A stretch of DNA of 64,000 bases, taken from NCBI RefSeq assembly GCF_009834535.1, contig NC_045697.1, positions 59,770,001 through 59,834,000 on the forward strand, read 5' to 3'. Below, in pieces: positions 51,260-64,000 of this stretch. Origin of the DNA: Camelus ferus. Taxonomy: Eukaryota. Under the pieces are notes generated by a model that searched no databases, had not been told where the DNA came from, and worked only from the letters and a program-made list of their open reading frames with translations. Position numbers and translations under genes: made by a program. Positions within the stretch are counted from its first letter, which is position 1; each line of letters opens with the position of its first letter.

Positions 51260-53103
51260 AAATTTTTTTAATTTAATTTTTAAGGTTTCCTTAAGATAAG
51301 GAATGTGATTTTATTGTAGTATAATCAGTTTACAATGTTGTGTCAGTGTCTGGTGTACAGTATAATGTTACAGTCATACATATACATACATATATTGTTT
51401 TCATATTCTTTTTCATTATAAGCTACTACAAGATATTGAATATAGTTCCCTGTGCTATACAGTAGGAACTCACTGTTTATGTATTTTATATGTAGTAGTT
51501 AGTATCTGCAAATCCCAAACACCCAATTTATCCCTTCTCACCCCTTTTCACCTCTGGTAACCATAAGTTTGCTTTCCATGTCTGTGAGTCTGTTTCTTTT
51601 CTGTAAATAAGTTCATTTGTGTCTTTTTTTTTTTTTAAGGTTCCACATATGAGTGATATCATATGGTATTTTTCTTTCTCTTTCTGGCTTACTTAGAATG
51701 ACAATCTCTAGGTCTATCCATGTTGCTGCAAATGTTGTTATTTTATTCTTTTTATGGCTGAGTAGTATTCCATTATATAAATATACCACAACTTCTTTAT
51801 CACATCACCTGTCAATGGACATTTAGATTGCTTCCATGTCTTGCCTATTGTAGAAGCCATAGTGCTTCTATGAACATTGGGGTGCATGTATCTTTTCAAA
51901 TTAGAGTTCCCTCTGGATATATGCCCAGGAATGGAGTTGCTGGATCATATGGTAAGTCTATTTTCAGTTTTTTGAGGAATCTCCATACTGTTTTCCATAA
52001 TGGCTGTACCAAACTACATTCCCATCAACAGTGTAGTGGGGTTTCCTTTTCTCCACACCCTCTCCAACATTTATTGTTTTTGGACTTTTGAATGATTGCC
52101 ATTCTGACTGGTGTGAGGTAATACCTCATTGTAGTTTTGATTTGCACTTCTTTGATAATTAGGGAAATTGAGCATTTTTTCAGGTGCCTATTGGCTATTT
52201 GTATATCTTCATTGGAGAATTGCTTGTTTAGGTCTTCTGCCCATATTTGGATTGTGTTGTTTGTTTCTTTTCTTATTAAGTTGTATGAGCTGTTTATATA
52301 TTCTGGAAAGTAAGTCCTTGTCAGTATCATCATTTGCAAATATTTTCTCCCATTCCATGGGTTGTCTTTTTGTTTTACTTACGGTTTCCTTTGCTGTGCA
52401 AAAGCTTATAAGTTTAATTAGATCCCATTTGTTTATTTTTGCTTTTATTTCTGTTGCCTGGGTAGACTGCCCACAGAGATCATTGCCAAGATTTACATCA
52501 GAGAATGTTTTGCCTGTATTTTCTTCTAAGAGGTTTATAGTGTCTTGTGTTATATTTAAGTCTTTAAGCCATTTTGAGTTTATTTTTGTATGTGGTGTGA
52601 GGGAGTGTTCTAACTTCATTGATTTACATGCAGCTGTCCAGTTTTCCCAATGCCACTTGAGGAAGAGACTGTCTTTACTCCATTGTATATTCTTGCCTCC
52701 TTTGTGGAAGATCAATTTACCATAAGGCTGTAGGTTTATTTTGGGGCTCCCTATTCTGTTCCATTGATCCATGTGTCTGTTTTTGTGCCAATACCATGCT
52801 ATTTTGATTTCTGTAGCTCTGTAGTATTGTCTGAAATCTAGGAGGGTTATTCGTCCAGCTTCATTCTTTTTTCTCAGTATTGCATTGGCAATTCTGGGTC
52901 TTTTGTGATTCCATATAAATTTTAGGATTATTTGTTCTAGTTTTGTGGAAAATGTCCTGGGTAATTTGTTAGGGATCATATTAAATCTGTCGAATACTTT
53001 GGGGAGTATGGCTATTTTAACAATATTAATTTTTCTAATCCAAGAGCATGGGATGTCTTTCCATTTCTTTAAGTCCTTTAATTTCCTTAATCAGTGTTTT
53101 GTA
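51260..53103 (-). mobile_element. 5'-truncated L1 (ORF2 C-terminus plus 3' UTR) with 11-bp TSD
   Basis: ORFs 52209-52979 and 52025-52339 encode the L1 ORF2 C-terminus, including the [11 protein letters not shown] zinc-knuckle region; GTGTCCTTTTA at 51249-51259 and 53104-53114. Confidence 0.93.
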
Positions 53104-53130
53104 GTGTCCTTTTATTAAAGTTGGCATTTT

Positions 53131-53197
53131 TTTTTATTGTAGTATAGTCAGTTTACAATGTTGTGTTAATTTCTGGTGTACAACATAATGATTCAGT

Positions 53198-53228
<31 letters not shown>

Positions 53229-53360
53229 ATTCTTTTTCATGTTCTTTTTCATTATAGGCTGTTACAAAATACTGAATATAATTCCCTGTGCTGTACAATG
53301 GGACCTTGCTGTTTATCTATTATATATATAGTAGTTAGTATCTGTAATTCCCCAAATTTT
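53131..53360 (-). mobile_element. Short L1 3' end with internal (TG)13 and 10-bp TSD
   Basis: Same 3' UTR family as 51310-51520; TTGGCATTTT at 53121-53130 and 53364-53373; TG repeat at 53202-53228. Confidence 0.88.
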
Positions 53361-55414
53361 AAATTGGCATTTTAAAAATGAATTTTAAAAAATTTAATGT
53401 ATTGCAGAGACTCAATTATATTCTTTGCAAATATTTTCTCCTATTCTGTTGTTTGTCTTTCATTATTTTAACTATGTTCTTAGAAAAGCAAACATTTTTA
53501 ATTTTGGAGAGATCAAATTGATCTTTTCCTTCTTTAAAGAATTGTGCTTTTGGTATCATATCTGAGAAATTGACAAATTCACAAAAAATGTTCTCCTAAT
53601 TTTTTATTGAAGTATTATTGTTTTAAATTTTATATTTATGTCAATAATCTAGTTTTGTTAGTATTTATACAGAATAAAGTATGGATCAAAGTTCATTTTT
53701 AATATGAATATCCAATTAATCTAAGACATTTGTGGAAAGGAATCAAATATGGAATTTTGCCAAATGGTTTTTCTTTGTCATCTGAGATGATCATGTGGTT
53801 TTTCTTTACTAATTTGTTAACATTGTGAATTACATTTATCAGTATTTGAATGTTAAATAAATCTTTCATTCCTGGGGTTGCTCCTATTGGGTCATTGTTT
53901 AAAAAGACTTGCTTAGGTTTGATTTGCTTAAGTTTTGTTTAGGATTTTTGCATCTGCTTTGACAAAGTAATTTTTGCATACTACTTTGTAGTTCTTTTCT
54001 GTAGTAATGTATTTCTTGTGGTTTTTATATCAGGGGAAAACTCTCTTATAAAATGAGTTGCAATATATTCTTAATCCTTGTCAATTTTCTGGAATTGTTT
54101 GTGTAGAAAAAGTATTTTTTTCCTATAAATGTTTACTAGAATTAGCTAGTGAATCCATTCTGACCGATTTTCTTTGTGGGAATGTTCTTAGCTATAATTT
54201 CTATGTTCTAATACATACTGTTACGTTTAGTTTCTCTCTTTTTCCCTGATTAAGATGTGTGTTTCAAGGATTTTGCTGATTTGTATTAAGTTGTTGAATT
54301 TATTGTCATTATGTAGTTTAGAACTTTCCCTTATTGTATCATTTTAAAATTTATATAATTTATAGTGATGTCAATTTTCTAAATCCTGATAGTTGTAATT
54401 TTGTGTATTTCCCCATTTTTCCCAATAAATCTGACTGGAGGCTTGTCAGTTTATTGATCTTCTTAATGAATCATTTGTGGCTTTACTGAGTTTCTCTATT
54501 TATTTTCCTGTTTGTATTTCATTGATATCCACTCTTATCTTTATGATTTCCTTTCTTTTACTCACTTTGCATTTAATTTGCTTTAGTTTCTTAAAGGGGA
54601 ACATAAGGCCTTTATTATGGATAACTTTATGATTTTCTATTATAGTTCTAATGAATTTCAGTATTATCAATTTTCCTCTGTCTACTGCTTTTAAATAACA
54701 TTTTATGAATTTGAATATGTTATGTTTTCACTTTTACTCAGTTCAAAATATTTTGCAATTTCCCTTTTATTTCTTCTTGAGTAATGAGTTATTTAGAATT
54801 ATTTTATCTGGTTTCTAAATATTTGAAGATTTAAAAAATGTATCTTCCTGAGATTAATAGCTGATTTAATTCCATTTTTGTCAGAGAATATATCCTATGG
54901 GAATATATCCTATCCATTTTCTAAAGTCTATTGCAACAGACGTATTTATATAAGATGGAGAGTATGGCCCATGTGTATATGACAAGCACGTATAATCCAT
55001 TGTTGTAGGATAGAATGTTATATAAATGTGAATTGAGTCAAGTTTGATAGTGTTGAACAGAACTCTTATAACCTTAATTGTTTTCTGTCTCTTCTTCCAT
55101 CAGTACTTGAGAGGGGAGTTGAAATAGCTGTTTATATATTTTGATTTATATATTTCTCTTTGCAGTTATACAAGTTTTTGCTTTACATATTTTGAAGTGC
55201 TGCTATTAGGTGCACAAACACTTAAGATTTGTTCTATCTATGATAAATTGACATAGTTATTGCTATGCAGGGGTCTTCTTTAACCTTGATTCTATTTTTT
55301 GCTCTGAAATCAACTTTCTCTTACATTAATATAGCCAGTCCTGCTTTCTTTTGACTATTGTTATCATATTTTCTCTATTCAATCTATTTGAATCTTTATA
55401 TTTAGAGTGTGTTT

Positions 55415-57013
55415 TTTTTAACTTATTCCATTTTTATTGTGGTGAGAACACTTAACATGAGATCAACAGTCTTAACAATGTTTCAGTGCACAATACACTA
55501 TTGTTATGTATAGGCATAATATTGTACAGCAGTTTTCTAGATTTTATTTACTTGCATAACTGAATAGCAACTCTCATTTCTTTCTCCCTCAGCCCCTGGA
55601 AACCACCATTCTACTCTCTGTTACACTGAGTTTAACTATTTTATATACCTTATATAAGTGGAATAATGCAGTATTTGTCCTGTGACTGGCTTATTTCACT
55701 TTGCGTAATGTCCTCCATGACCCATGTTGTCCCATATAGTATATAGTACATATATAGTATATAGACATTCTCTTCTTTTTAAAGGCTGAATAATAATATT
55801 TCATAGTATGTATTCACCACATTTTCTTTATCCATCATTCATTGATTTAAATTTATGTTGTTTCCACATCTTGGCTATTATGATTAATGCTGCTATGATC
55901 ATGGGAATGCAACTATCTCTTTAAATCATGATTTCAATTCTTTTGAATATATACCCAGAAGTGGAATTGCTGGATCATGTGCTCATTCAATTTTAAATCT
56001 TTTGAAGAATTTCCGTAATGTTTTCTATAGCAGCCACAACATTTTATATTTCTACAAAAAGTGTACAAATGCTCCAATTTTTCCACATCCTCTCCAACCC
56101 TTATTATCCTTTATTTTTTTTGATAGCAATCATCCTAACAGGAATGAGGTGATATCTCTTTGTGTTTTTGATTTGCATTTTCCAGATGAATGGCGATGTT
56201 AATCATCTTTTCATATACCTACTGGCCACTTACATGTCTTCTTTGGAGAAATGTCTATTCAAGTCTTTTGTCCATTTTTAACTGGATAATTTATATTGCT
56301 TGCTATTAAGTTGTTTAAGTTCCTTGTGTATTTTGGATATTAACCCCTTTTCAGCAATATGGTTTGCAAATATTTTTTCCTATCCAAAAATTTTTTTATA
56401 GAAATAGTAAAAGCAATTTTAAAATTCATGTGGAACCACAAGAGACCCTCAATAATCAATGCAATCTTGAGAAAGAACAAAGGTAGAGGCATCACACTTC
56501 CTGATCACAAAATATATTACAAAGCCATAGTAATTAATATAGTATGGTACTAGCATAAAAATGGACAGATACCAAGGGAATAGAATAAGAACCTCAGAAA
56601 TAAATTCATGCATGTATGTTTAACTGATCTTTGACCAAGGTTCCAAGAATACACAGTAGGGAAAGGATATGCTCTTAAACAAATGATGTTAGGAAAATTG
56701 GACATCTACATGCAAAAGAATGAAATTGGATATTTATTTTAAATAGCACTCAGAAATCAACTAAAAATGGATAAAAGATTTAACATAAGATATTAAACTG
56801 TAAAGCAGTTACAGGAAAACATAGAATAAAAGCTTCATGACATTAGTGTTAGCAATGATTTCTTATATATTACAACAAAAGCAAAAATGGACAAGTTGGA
56901 CTGCATCAAATTAAAAAGCTCTGCATAACAAAGGAAACCATCAGCAATGTGAGAAACCTATAAAATGGAATATAACATTTGCAATTATATATCTGATAAG
57001 GGGTTAATAATCA
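55415..57013 (-). mobile_element. 5'-inverted L1 (L1MA-like) with 9-bp TSD
   Basis: Antisense 3' part 55415-~56385 and sense ORF2 part ~56386-57013 ([23 protein letters not shown]); AGTGTGTTT at 55406-55414 and 57014-57022. Confidence 0.88.
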
Positions 57014-57389
57014 AGTGTGTTTCATTTAGGCAGCGTAGATTTGAGTCTTGCTTTAGTGTCCAGTCTGAAAATCTCTCCTTTATAATTGGTGTATTTAGAT
57101 TATTTACACTTTACTTTTCTATTATTATTAATGTGATTAATTTTAAGTGTACTATCTCCATCTTACTTGCTTCCTACTTTTACAACCTATTTTTTGCTTC
57201 TTTTTTCCTCCTTTTCACTATCTTTTGAATTAATAATTTTTTATTCCATTTTATTTCCTTCTTTGACTTATTAGTTACACTCTTTGTTTTGTTATTTTAG
57301 AGGCTTATTCAGAGGAGACATATATATATATATAAAGTATATGAGATATTTTATATACATAGAAAATATGTATATAAAATATATAAAAT

Positions 57390-57817
57390 CTTTATGTTTT
57401 ATTGTGCTTCACAGATGTGTTTTTAACAAATTAAAGATACGTGGCAACCCTACATCAAGCAAGTCTGTTGTTACCATTTTATCAACAGCATTTGCTCACA
57501 ATATTTTAAACTTTTATTATTATTTTTAGTTACAATAATCTGTGATCAGCAGTTTTTGGTGTTACTATAGCAAGAGATTACAACCCACTGAAGGCTGATA
57601 TGGTTAACATTTTTTAGCAATAGTTTTTTTTTACTTAAGTTATGTACATTGTTTTTTAGACATAATGCTATTGCACACTTAATAGACTAGACTATAGTGT
57701 AAACATAACTTTTATACACTTTGGGAAATAAAAAAATTCATGTGACTCATTTTTTGCCATATTCACTTTATTGCAGTGGTATGGAACCAAACCTGCAATA
57801 TCGCCAAGGTATGCCTG
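57390..57817 (+). mobile_element. Internally deleted Tigger1 DNA transposon (Tigger1a-like)
   Basis: 'tttattgtgcttcacagat...gtggcaaccct.catcaagcaagtct...ctgtgatcag' joined to 'agattacaac.cactgaaggct...gacataatgctattgcacacttaatagacta...ggaaccaaacctgcaatatc..caaggtatgcctg|TA'. Confidence 0.85.
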
Positions 57818-59304
57818 TATAAATATATCTTTGTATATATAAATATATGTTTACATATATATAATTTTTAACATATCATATTTGACCTTTTAGTGATACA
57901 TTACTTCACCTGTAGAATAAGTACTATATAATGCTATACTCTCATTTCCTCCCTTTCTGGTGATAATCTCACACATTTTACTTTTATATATGCTCTAAAT
58001 CCCAAATACATTTTAATATTTTTTTTAAAAGACAGCATTTAAAAAAATTAAGTAGTAAAAAAAAGCTTTTGGAATAACCCGCTGCTGGGCTGCTCTGCCT
58101 GGAGGGGAAGCCTGTACTCCAGTTCTCCAGCCTGCTATCTTCCTGTGGTTCGACTGACTTCGACACAGAAGAAGAGGGACTGGCAGTCAAGATGATGGAG
58201 CAGAAAGAGGTCACTTCCTCTCACAGACACATCAAGATCACAACTAACTGCAGAAAAATTATTGATTAAAAAAAGGCTGACAAGTACCAGAAAAGATCTT
58301 TTATAGCTAAAAATTTAAAGAAGAAAGGACAACAATCCTGAGAGGAGTCGTGGATTTGTGATATAACCAGGTCCCATACCCCTTGGGTGGGTGACCCACA
58401 AACTTGAGAATAATTATATTGTAGAAATTCTCCTATGATTGTGAGAGTTCTGAGTTCTGTATCAGGCTCCCTAACCCAGTGGTCCAGCACCAGGAAGTGA
58501 GCCCCCAGAATGTTGGGCTTTGAAGGCCAGTGGGGCTTGATTACAGGAGCTTGGTGGGACTGGGAGAAACAGAGACTTTGCATTTAAGGGTCTCACAGAA
58601 AACCTCATGCTCACCTGGGACCAAGGACAAAAGCAGTAATTTCATAGGAGCCTGGGCCAGACTACCTTCTGGCCTTGGGAGTCTCCTGGAGAGGTGTAGG
58701 GTGGCTGTGGCTCAACCTGTGGACATAGACACTGTGGCAAACACTGAGGGGTGTTCATCTGAATGCACTCTCCTTCTGGGAGGCTGACATCTTTCTTGGA
58801 CATCAGCACCATGACTTAAACCCTCTCAACATTTTTCAGACTCTAGTTCTGGGATTCCTCAGGCGAAACAGCTAACTAGGTGGGACAAATCCCCACCCAT
58901 CAGCTGACAGACTACCTAAAGAATCCCTGACCTCATAGGTGCCTCTAGAAACACCCTTAGTCCTCGTTCTGCCCGCCAGAAGGCTAAGTACCAGCTCTAC
59001 CCACTGGTGGGCAGGCACCAGCCCCTCCCTAGAGGAAGACTACCCAAGCCTCTAGACCAGTCTCACCCACAAGGGGGCAGACATCAGTAAATAGAAAACA
59101 TCATTCTTGCAACCTGCATAACCAGTCTGCAAACACAGGTCAGAATCTACCCTGGCACTAGTTGACCACAAGCTTCTGGATATTGAGAAGAGAGTGCACT
59201 GCTGGGATGCACAGGATGTCTTGTATAATGGGCTACTTCTCCAAGATTGAGAAATATAAATAACCTGCCACATGCATAAAAATATAAATAGAAATTTAAA
59301 CAAA

Positions 59305-60150
59305 GTGAGGCAGCAGAGGAATAACTTCCAGACAAAGGAACAACATAAAACACCAGAAGAACTAAGTGATGTGGAGATAGGCAATCTACCCAAGAAAGAG
59401 TTCAGAGTTATGATCATAAGGATGATCAAAGACCTTAGAAAGGGAATGGATGAAAAGATAGAAGTTGTTAGCAAGAAATACAAAAAATAAAGAACAACCA
59501 ATCAGAGTCAAAGAATACAATAACTTAAATGAAAAATACACTAAAAGGAACAAAGAGTAGACTAAAAGAGGCAAAAGGATGAATCAATGAGCTGGAAGAC
59601 AGAGTAGAATAAATCACTGCCAAAGAACAGAAAAAAAAAGAATGAAAAGAAATGAAGAAAGTTTAAGAGACCTCTGGGACATTATAAAGTGCACTAACAT
59701 TTGCACTATAGGGGTCCTAGAAGGAGAAGAAAGAGAGAAAGGGCCTGGGAAAATATTTGAAGAGAAAATAGCTGAAAAATTCCCTAACCTGGGGGAGGAA
59801 ACAGTCACCCAAGTCCAGGAAGCACAGAAAGTCCCATACAGGATTAACCCAAAGAGGAATAATGAAAATGTCAAAAATAAAAGATAAAGAGAGAATATTC
59901 AAAGCATCAAGGGAAAAGCAACAAATAACATATGAGGGAACTCCAATAAGACTATCAGCTGATTTTTCAGCAGAAACTCTGCAGGCCAGAAGGGAGTGGC
60001 ATGATATATTTAAAGTGATTAAAGGGGAAAATATACAACCAAGAATACTCATTTTACAAAGCTCTCATTCAGATTATAGATAAGAAAAGCTAAAAAAATT
60101 TAGCACCACCAAACCAACTTTACAACAAATGCTAAAGGGGCTTCTCTGGC
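59305..60150 (+). pseudogene. L1 ORF1p remnant (frameshifted; start apparently GTG)
   Basis: Fragments EIGNLPKKEFRVMIIRMIKDL, RNEESLRDLWDIIKCTNICTIGV.EGEERE and KERIFKASREKQQITYEGTPIRLSADFSAETLQARREW. Confidence 0.9.
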
Positions 60151-60617
60151 AGAAAAGAAAAACTAGAAATAAGAAAATTACAAAAGGAAGAGCTCACTGG
60201 TAAAGGCAAACATGGTAAAGGCAGGAAATTATTCTTGTCCAAACTAGTAGGAAGGGTAAAAGACAATAGTAGTAAAATCATCTGTATCCACAGTTAACAG
60301 TTAAGAGATACACAAAATAAATGTAAAATATGATATCAAAACCAGTAATTTTAAGGGGAAGAGATTAAAAATGCAGGACACTTAAAATGCATTTGAAAAT
60401 AAGATAGCAAATTAAAGCAATCATATATAAATAGAGAGAATGTTATAACAAAACCTTATGGTAACCACAAACCAAAAATCTATAATAGATATATACTCAA
60501 AAAAAGAAAAAGGAATCCAAACATAACACTAAAGAGCCACCAAATTGCAATAGAATAGACAAAAAGAATAAAAGGAAGAAAAACGTTTACTGAAACAAAT
60601 CCAAAATAATTAGCAAA

Positions 60618-63600
60618 ATGGCAATAAGAACACACATAGCGATAATTACCTTAAATGTAAATGGACTAAGTGCTCCAACCAAAAAACTGGCTGAGTGCAT
60701 ACAAAAACAAGACCCCAGTATTTGCTGCCTACAAGAGACTCCATATCTTGAGACACATAAAGACTGGAAGTGAGAAGATGGAAGATGGTATTCCACATAA
60801 ATAGAAATCAAAAGAAAGCCAGAGTCACATTACTTAATATCAGACAAAATAGACTTTAAAATACAGACTGTTACAAGAGACAAAGAAGAACACTACATAA
60901 TGTTCAAGGGATCAATCCAAGAAGATGTAACAATTCTGAATATATATGCACCCAGCATAGGAGCACCACAACATATAAGGCAACTGTTAATAGACATAAA
61001 AGGAGAAATCAACAGTAACACAGTAATAGTGGGGGACCTTAACACCCCACTTACATCGATGGACAGATCATCCAGACAGAAAAATCAATAAGGACATAAA
61101 GGCCTTAAATGACATATTAGACGAGGTGGACTTAATTGATATTTATAGAACATTACATCCAAAACCAGTAGAATACACATTCTTCTCAAGTGCTCATGGA
61201 ACATTCTTCAAGGTTGATCACAGGCTGGGTCACAAAGCAAGCCTCAGTAAATTTAAGAAAACAAATCAAATCAAGCATCATTTCCGACTCCAACAATATG
61301 AGATTAGAAATCAACTACAAGAAGAAAAACTGCAAAAACAACAAACATGTGGAGGCTAACCAATATGCTGCTAAACAACCAATGGATCCTTGAAGAAATC
61401 AAAGAGGAAATCAAAAAATACTTAGAGACAAATGAAAACATGATGATCCAGAACCTCTGGGACACAGCAAAAGTAGTTCTAAGAGGGAAGTTTATAATGA
61501 TACAAGCTTACCTAAGGAAACAAGAACAGTCTCAAGTAAGCAACCTAACCTTACACCTAAAGCAACTAGAGAAAGAAGAACAAACAAAACCCAAAGTTAG
61601 TAGAAGGGAAAAAAATCATTAAGATTACAGCAGAAATAAATAAAATAGAGACTAACAAAAGTAGAAAAGATCAATTAAACTAAAACTGTGTTTTTGAAAA
61701 GATAAATAAAATTGATAAACCTTTATCCAGATTCATCAAGAAAAAAAGGGAGAGGGCCCAAATTAATAAAATCAGAAATGAAAAAGGAGAAGTTACAACC
61801 AACACCACAGAAATATAAGGATTTTAAGAGGCTACTGAGCAATTATATGCCAACAAAATGGACAGCTTAGAAGAAATGGACCATTTCTTAGAAGGGTGCA
61901 ATCTCTTAAGACTGAACAGACCAATTACCAGCACTGAAATTGAATCAGTAATTTAAAAATGTTCAACAACAAGAAAAAATGTCCTAGACCAGATGGCTTT
62001 ACAGGGGAATTCTATCATTTAGAGAACAGTTAATGCCTATCCTTCTGAAACTATTCCAAAAAATTGCAGAGGAAGGAATATTTCTGAACTCATTCTTTGA
62101 GGCCACCATCATCCTGATACCAAAACCAGACAAAGATATCACAAAAAAAGAAAATCACAGGCCAATATTGTTTATGAATACAGATGCAAAAATCTTCAAC
62201 AAAATACTAGCAGATAGATTCCAATAATATATTAAAAGGATCATAAACCATGATCAAGTGAGATTTATCCCAGGGTGCAAGGATTTTTTAATATCTTCAA
62301 ATCAATCAATGTGATACAGCACATTAACAAATTGAAGAATAAAAACCATATGATCATCTCAGTTGATGCAGAAAAATCTTTTGATAAAATTCAACATCCA
62401 TGTATGATAAAAACTCTCCAGAAAGTGGGCATAAAGGGAACATACCTCAACATAATAAAGGTTATATATGACAAACCCACAGCTAATGTCATACTTAATG
62501 GTAAGAAGTTGAAAGATTTCCTCTGAGATCAGAAACAAGACCCAGATGCCCACTCTTGTCATTTTTTTCAAGGAAGTTTTGGATGTCCTAGTCACAGCAA
62601 TCAGAGAAGAAAAAGAAATAAAAGGAATCCAAATTGGGAAAGAAATAAAAACTGTTTGCAGGTGACATAATACTATACATAGAAAATCCTAAAGATGCAA
62701 CCAGAAAACTACTAGAGCTCATCAATAAATTCAGTAAAGTTGCAGGATACAAAATTGCATACAGAGATTAGTTCCATTTCTATATACTAACAATGAAACA
62801 CCAGAAAAAAAAAGTTAAGGAAACAATCCCATTTATCATCACATCAAAAACAATAAAATATCTAGGAATAAACCTACCTAAGGATGCAAAGAACCTGTAC
62901 TCTGAAAACTATGACACTAAGAAGAGAAATTGAAGACAATAAAAACAGATGGAAAGATACACCATGTTCCTGGATTGGAAGACTCAATATTGTTAAAATG
63001 GCCATACTACCCAAGACAATATACATGTTCAATGCAAATCCCTATCAATTACTAATGACATTTTTCACAGAACTGGAACAAAACATTTTAAAATTTGTAT
63101 AGAAACACAAAAGACCATGAAGGGCCAAAACAATCTTGATAAAGAAGATCAGAGGTGGAGGAATCATGCTTCATGTCTTCAGATTATACTACAAGGCTAC
63201 AGTAATCAAAACAGTATGGTACTGACACAAAAATAGATACAGATTAATGGAACAAGATAGAAAGTTCAGAAATATACCCATGCATTAATGGTCAATTAAT
63301 CTACATCAAAGAGGTAAGACTATACAATGGAGAAAAAAGCAGTCTTTTCTATAAGTGGTGCTAGGTAAACTGGACAACTACATGTAAAAGGAGGAAATTA
63401 GATCATTCTCTAACACCTATACAAAAATAAACTCAAAATGGATTAAAGACCAAAATATAAGGCCATATACTATAAAACTCCCAGAGGAAACTTCATAGGC
63501 AGAATACTCCTTGACAAAAATTGCAGCAATTTTTTTTTTTGAACTAGCTCCTAAAGTAATGGAAATAAAAGCAAAAATAAATGAATGGGACCTAATTAAA

Positions 63601-64000
63601 CTTAAAAGCTTTTGCACAATACAGGAAACCACAAACAAAACAAAAAGACAACCTACAGAATGGGATAAAATAATTGCAAGTGACACGACCAACAGGGGAA
63701 TAATTTCCAAGACATACAAACAGCTCATACAGCTTAATATCAAAAAAACCAAACAACCTAATCAAAAAATGGGCAGAAGACCTAAATAGACATTTCTTCA
63801 AAGAAGACATCTAGATGCCTAGCAGACTCATGAAAAGATGCTCAATATCGCTAATTATGAGAGAAATGCAAATCAAAACTACAATGAGGTATCACATTAC
63901 ACCAGTCAGAATGGTCATCATTAAAAAGTCTACAAATAATATATACTGGAGAGGGTGTGGAGTAAAGGGAACCTTCCTACACTGTTGGTGTGAATGTAAA
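60618..64000 (+). pseudogene. L1 ORF2p remnant (endonuclease + RT + C-terminus; many stops and frameshifts)
   Basis: ATG at 60618 gives MAIRTHIAIITLNVNGL; EN motifs (NIYAP, VGDLNTPL, YTFFS); RT segments ([22 protein letters not shown]); catalytic FADD mutated to FAGD (62655-62666). Confidence 0.93.

Larger units (their letters stand above)
50670..58060 (-). mobile_element. Old, fragmented host L1 (L1M-type) carrying several nested insertions
   Basis: Antisense L1 3' UTR at 50.7-51.25 kb and degenerate ORF2 at 53.4-55.4 and 57.0-58.0 kb; reads continuously once the TSD-bounded inserts are removed. Confidence 0.7.
58174..64000 (+). mobile_element. Near-full-length inactive L1 (5' UTR, ORF1, spacer, ORF2; runs off right edge)
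   Basis: CAAGATG YY1-like motif at 58188, GC-richer 5' UTR, and ORF1 and ORF2 fragments in collinear order. Confidence 0.95.

Noticed and set aside
52168..52725. 185-aa hydrophobic plus-strand ORF
   Set aside because: Antisense shadow of L1 ORF2; the same applies to the minus-strand ORFs at 58-64 kb.
58174..64000. Active L1
   Set aside because: ORF1 and ORF2 are broken by many frameshifts and stops, and the RT catalytic motif is FAGD rather than FADD.
1..64000. CRISPR arrays, operons, prokaryotic or viral defence systems
   Set aside because: The sequence is mammalian repeat-rich DNA with no repeat-spacer arrays and no long non-L1 ORFs.

Overview
AT-rich, CpG-poor mammalian (eutherian) genomic DNA, very likely camelid. 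Two tRNA-derived Vic-1-type SINEs, camelid-type L1 3' ends and an internally deleted Tigger1 element point that way; this is recognition from memory, not a database search. I cannot support any host protein-coding gene: the only long ORFs are L1 ORF1/ORF2 debris, and the other ORFs are short chance ORFs. Much of the window is transposon-derived: L1, L2, MIR, MaLR/ERV1/ERVL LTRs, MER53 and Tigger1. The last 13 kb is a nested L1 pile-up ending in a near-full-length dead L1 (58.2 kb to the window end). Most noteworthy non-coding signals: (i) a candidate RFX X-box + double CCAAT promoter with minus-strand splice donors at ~5.9 kb, possibly the 5' end of a gene running off the left edge; (ii) a two-LTR cassette at 14.7-15.8 kb, made of a MER41-like LTR with a perfect STAT1 GAS site and an IRF-like site beside a CpG-rich LTR with NRF1/YY1-like motifs and splice donors; (iii) several retrotransposition signatures (twin-priming inversion, candidate 3' and 5' transductions, an internally deleted L1MC, a head-to-head L1/SINE junction). 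I do not see convincing evidence of a wholly new biological system. Repeat subfamily names are tentative, and boundaries without a TSD are approximate.
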